Source of the DNA: Pelagomonas calceolata | Lineage: Eukaryota | Length of the DNA: 64,000 nt | Direction: 5' to 3' | Assembly: GCA_918797485.1 (NCBI GenBank) | Contig: CAKKNE010000005.1 | Coordinates: 4,588,001-4,652,000 of the forward strand | In this document: positions 61,686-64,000 of the stretch, piece by piece | How positions within the stretch are numbered: the first letter of the stretch is position 1 | How the letters are laid out: every line of letters starts with the position of its first letter | Translations under genes and position numbers: made by a program | Notes under the pieces: generated by a model | The model's input: only the letters and a program-made list of their open reading frames with translations | Databases searched by the model: none | What the model was told of the DNA's origin: nothing

Positions 61686-61707
61686 CTAGCGTCTTGTAAG
61701 ACACTAG
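61686..61707. promoter_or_regulatory. CTAG bipartite upstream element
   Basis: CTAGCGTCTTGTAAGACACTAG between divergent genes. Confidence 0.7.
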
Positions 61708-61896
61708 CCTGCATGCATGCCTGCTTTTTGAGGCCGTGTAGCGGCGGTGCTGCTCCATCGCTGGAGCGCATTGATCGTAGTTGATCCTCTCATACCTGAC
61801 GTGACGGTGAGCAGTCGCTAGTTCACCAAACGCCGTCGCCGCGGAACCTGCAGCACGCACTGCTGAGTGCAGCCACGTCCAGCGTGGCGCGCAACG

Positions 61897-62265
61897 ATGT
61901 TCAATGAAGACGAACACCAAAAGCCCATCCACAAGCTCTTCTACCTGATCACGGGCACCTGTAACTGCGGCGTGCGTATTCGAGTGCCGCCACCGACGCC
62001 GGCGGGAGGCTTCTGCCAGCCGTGCAAGCCCGGGGGCGCGCCGCAAAAGCCCAACGTGCTGGGCATGTCCATGCTCGAGCGCGCAGAACGCCGGCAGCAG
62101 CAGAGGGCGAAACCGCCGGCCACGAGCATGGCACCGCGCGCCCGCGCGCGAGCGTTCGCCGCGATCGGCGTCGCCGTCCTCGCGGCCGGTTTAGCTTGGC
62201 GACCGACCGTCGCCGCCGTCGCGAGTGTGGTGCTCGTGGCCGCGAGCTGTGTCTTTATAACGTAG
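61897..62265 (+). CDS. Small hypothetical membrane protein
   Basis: CNCG..FCQPC Cys cluster and two C-terminal hydrophobic segments. Confidence 0.45.
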   Translation: MFNEDEHQKPIHKLFYLITGTCNCGVRIRVPPPTPAGGFCQPCKPGGAPQKPNVLGMSMLERAERRQQQRAKPPATSMAPRARARAFAAIGVAVLAAGLAWRPTVAAVASVVLVAASCVFIT

Positions 62266-62292
62266 TGTTTTAGTTAACAGGGGGCGGGGATA

Positions 62293-62805
62293 CTAGGCCG
62301 TGCACTCGGCCGACTGCTGCGAGAGGATGAGCGCGACGATCAACCCGTACAGCCCGAGGGCCTCCGCGAAGATGAGGATGAGGATCATGCCGACGAACAG
62401 CTTCTCCTGCTGGCCGACCGCGCGCACGCCCGCGTCGCCGACGACGCCGATCGCCATGCCCGCCGCTAATCCAGATAAACCGCAGCAGAGGCCCGCCGAG
62501 AGGTAGGCGTAGCCCGAGAAGGAGGAGAACTTGGTCGTGAAGGCGCCGTTCGCCTCCTCCGGCTTCGAAATCGACCCCTGGAGGATGACGGCCACGATGA
62601 GCCCGTAGATGCCCAGGACGCCGGCCATGACCACGGGGATGATGTTCCGCATCACTAATCCAGGATTCATGACGCCCATCGACGCGATGCCGACGCCGGA
62701 CTTGGCCGTGCCGTAGGCCGCGCCGATGTTCGCGAAGACTAGGGCCGACGTGACGCCCATGAAGCCGAAGAAGGGCGCGCTCGTGGGGCACGTCTCCGTC
62801 GACAT
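62293..62805 (-). CDS. VMA3: V-type H+-ATPase proteolipid subunit c
   Basis: [51 protein letters not shown]. Confidence 0.96.
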   Translation of the reverse strand: MSTETCPTSAPFFGFMGVTSALVFANIGAAYGTAKSGVGIASMGVMNPGLVMRNIIPVVMAGVLGIYGLIVAVILQGSISKPEEANGAFTTKFSSFSGYAYLSAGLCCGLSGLAAGMAIGVVGDAGVRAVGQQEKLFVGMILILIFAEALGLYGLIVALILSQQSAECTA

Positions 62806-62873
62806 GGTGCCCTGTTCTTACCGCCGCTTCTCTAGGTGTGGTGTAGACCTGCGCGGAACGCGCTTTGTTTGTC

Positions 62874-63013
62874 GGGTCGGCTGTGCAGTTTCGTCGAGCA
62901 CGTGCGCATGTGTGCTGTGGTTACGGCGGCCGCGGAACGCGCGTCGGGCGGCGGGTCGGCTGCGGCAGTTTCGTCGGGCGAGACTTGCGCACGTGTGCGC
63001 TGTGGTTACGGCG
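62874..63013. repeat. Degenerate tandem duplication of about 55-60 bp upstream of the V-ATPase c gene
   Basis: GGGTCGGCTG..GCAGTTTCGTCG..GCGCA.GTGTG..CTGTGGTTACGGCG occurs at about 62874-62927 and 62953-63013. Confidence 0.6.
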
Positions 63014-63536
63014 ACGTCGCTGCGGGTTCGACGGGCTCGCCGCGGCCGCGCGAGGCGCTCGCGGTCAGCGCGTGTGCTTTTGGGCGGCCTTGCTGAGGAG
63101 GTCACGGCAGCAAGCGCGCTCGCTCGGGAGGCTGTGAACAATGATCTGCGGCACTGCTATCGCACTTCTACGCTTGTAACGCAATCAGGGGCCGCAGCGT
63201 CGGTGATCTAGCAGCGCCGAGGTTGAGTGGTGGGCTGAAAAAAACGGGTTTTCGTCGCGGCAGGGTAGACGCGTCGCTGAAGAGGATGAAGTGGAAGACG
63301 AGACGATGAGTCGTAGGTCGATTTTTGCGTCTGCTGCGCGCCGCCCAGCTCGAGGCTTTGGCCGCATCGCAAATACGCCGCCTACTGCTCCGCATGCCAG
63401 CTTGCAGGCTCTCATCGATCGATGCGCGATAGTTCATGATGCATCTGACCAGCTGCTGTCGCCGGAACCCGTGAAACTTAGCTAGGTGCCTGCACAGGCT
63501 GCATCAAAACTTGAAAAAATTGACGCCGCCGCAGCG

Positions 63537-64000
63537 ATGGCGGACGAGACGCCGGTGCAAAGCCCAACAAGCCGCCGCCGATCCACCAGCGCGATGCTGC
63601 CGCCGCCGACCGAAGGAGAGCCAACGCAGTGCCAAGCGAAGACCACCGGCGCCGGCGCGTCGCTCGCGATGATGGCTACATTGGGCTTCCTCTGGGGCGG
63701 CGCCTGCTTCGGTTTTAATGGGATCAAGACCGTGTTCCTGGACGAGGGCTTATTTGCGGACGCGTGCGACCACGGCGACCGGTGCAAGGCGCAGATCAAT
63801 CAAGTCGACGCCGCCTGGACCTTCGCGTCGGCCATGTTAAATGTCATGGCGCTGGTCAACGGGTCGCTGTCGGACGCGTTGGGGTTGAGAAGGCTGTGCT
63901 TGTTGTCTTCAGCATTGCTCGCTATCTCCACCGGAGCGTTCTACCTCGTCGTCACCAGAAGACGCTACGAGCAGTACCTGTCCTACGTGTACTTTGCGCT
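63537..64000 (+). CDS. MFS transporter of the SLC43/LAT3/Fmp42 family, truncated by the window edge
   Basis: Manual translation: GGACFGFNGIKTVFLDEGLF..C..C.AQ....AWTFAS..NV.AL..G.LSDALG. Confidence 0.72.
   Translation, partial: MADETPVQSPTSRRRSTSAMLPPPTEGEPTQCQAKTTGAGASLAMMATLGFLWGGACFGFNGIKTVFLDEGLFADACDHGDRCKAQINQVDAAWTFASAMLNVMALVNGSLSDALGLRRLCLLSSALLAISTGAFYLVVTRRRYEQYLSYVYFA

Noticed and set aside
2175..61707. CTAG element as a CRISPR repeat or bacterial REP
   Set aside because: Copies are solitary, kilobases apart, in both orientations, with no cas genes, in a eukaryotic intron-containing genome.
1..64000. Autonomous transposase for the introners; tRNA/rRNA genes
   Set aside because: No DDE transposase ORF or recognisable structural RNA was seen in this window.

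Overview
Gene-dense, GC-rich eukaryotic DNA with about 40 protein genes, few introns and very short intergenic spacers. Gene content, bipartite plastid-type presequences and intron type suggest a pelagophyte stramenopile (Pelagomonas/Aureococcus-like); this is inference. No rRNA, tRNA or CRISPR seen. Two non-coding systems stand out. (1) A family of introner elements (non-autonomous DNA transposons that are spliceosomal introns): 15-bp TIRs CTGTGTGGAAATCAA...TTGATTTCCACACAG and 8-bp target-site duplications. The AG comes from the TIR and the GT/GC donor from the TSD. There are about 11 copies plus decayed ones, and splicing them out restores the interrupted reading frames. (2) A 20-22 bp quasi-palindromic element, consensus CTAGTGTCTTACA-N2-3-CGCTAG, found about 18 times, always in 5' intergenic DNA (13 of about 17 divergent gene pairs) and not seen between convergent genes. 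It is a candidate genome-wide promoter element. Unusual proteins include a TDP1-like enzyme with RanBP2-ZnF, R3H and degenerate HAD domains next to a Mus81-like nuclease with SAP and two WH domains, a Tudor-Cdc6/Orc1, and a small basic protein built of four PKPRGRAP-W-W repeats.
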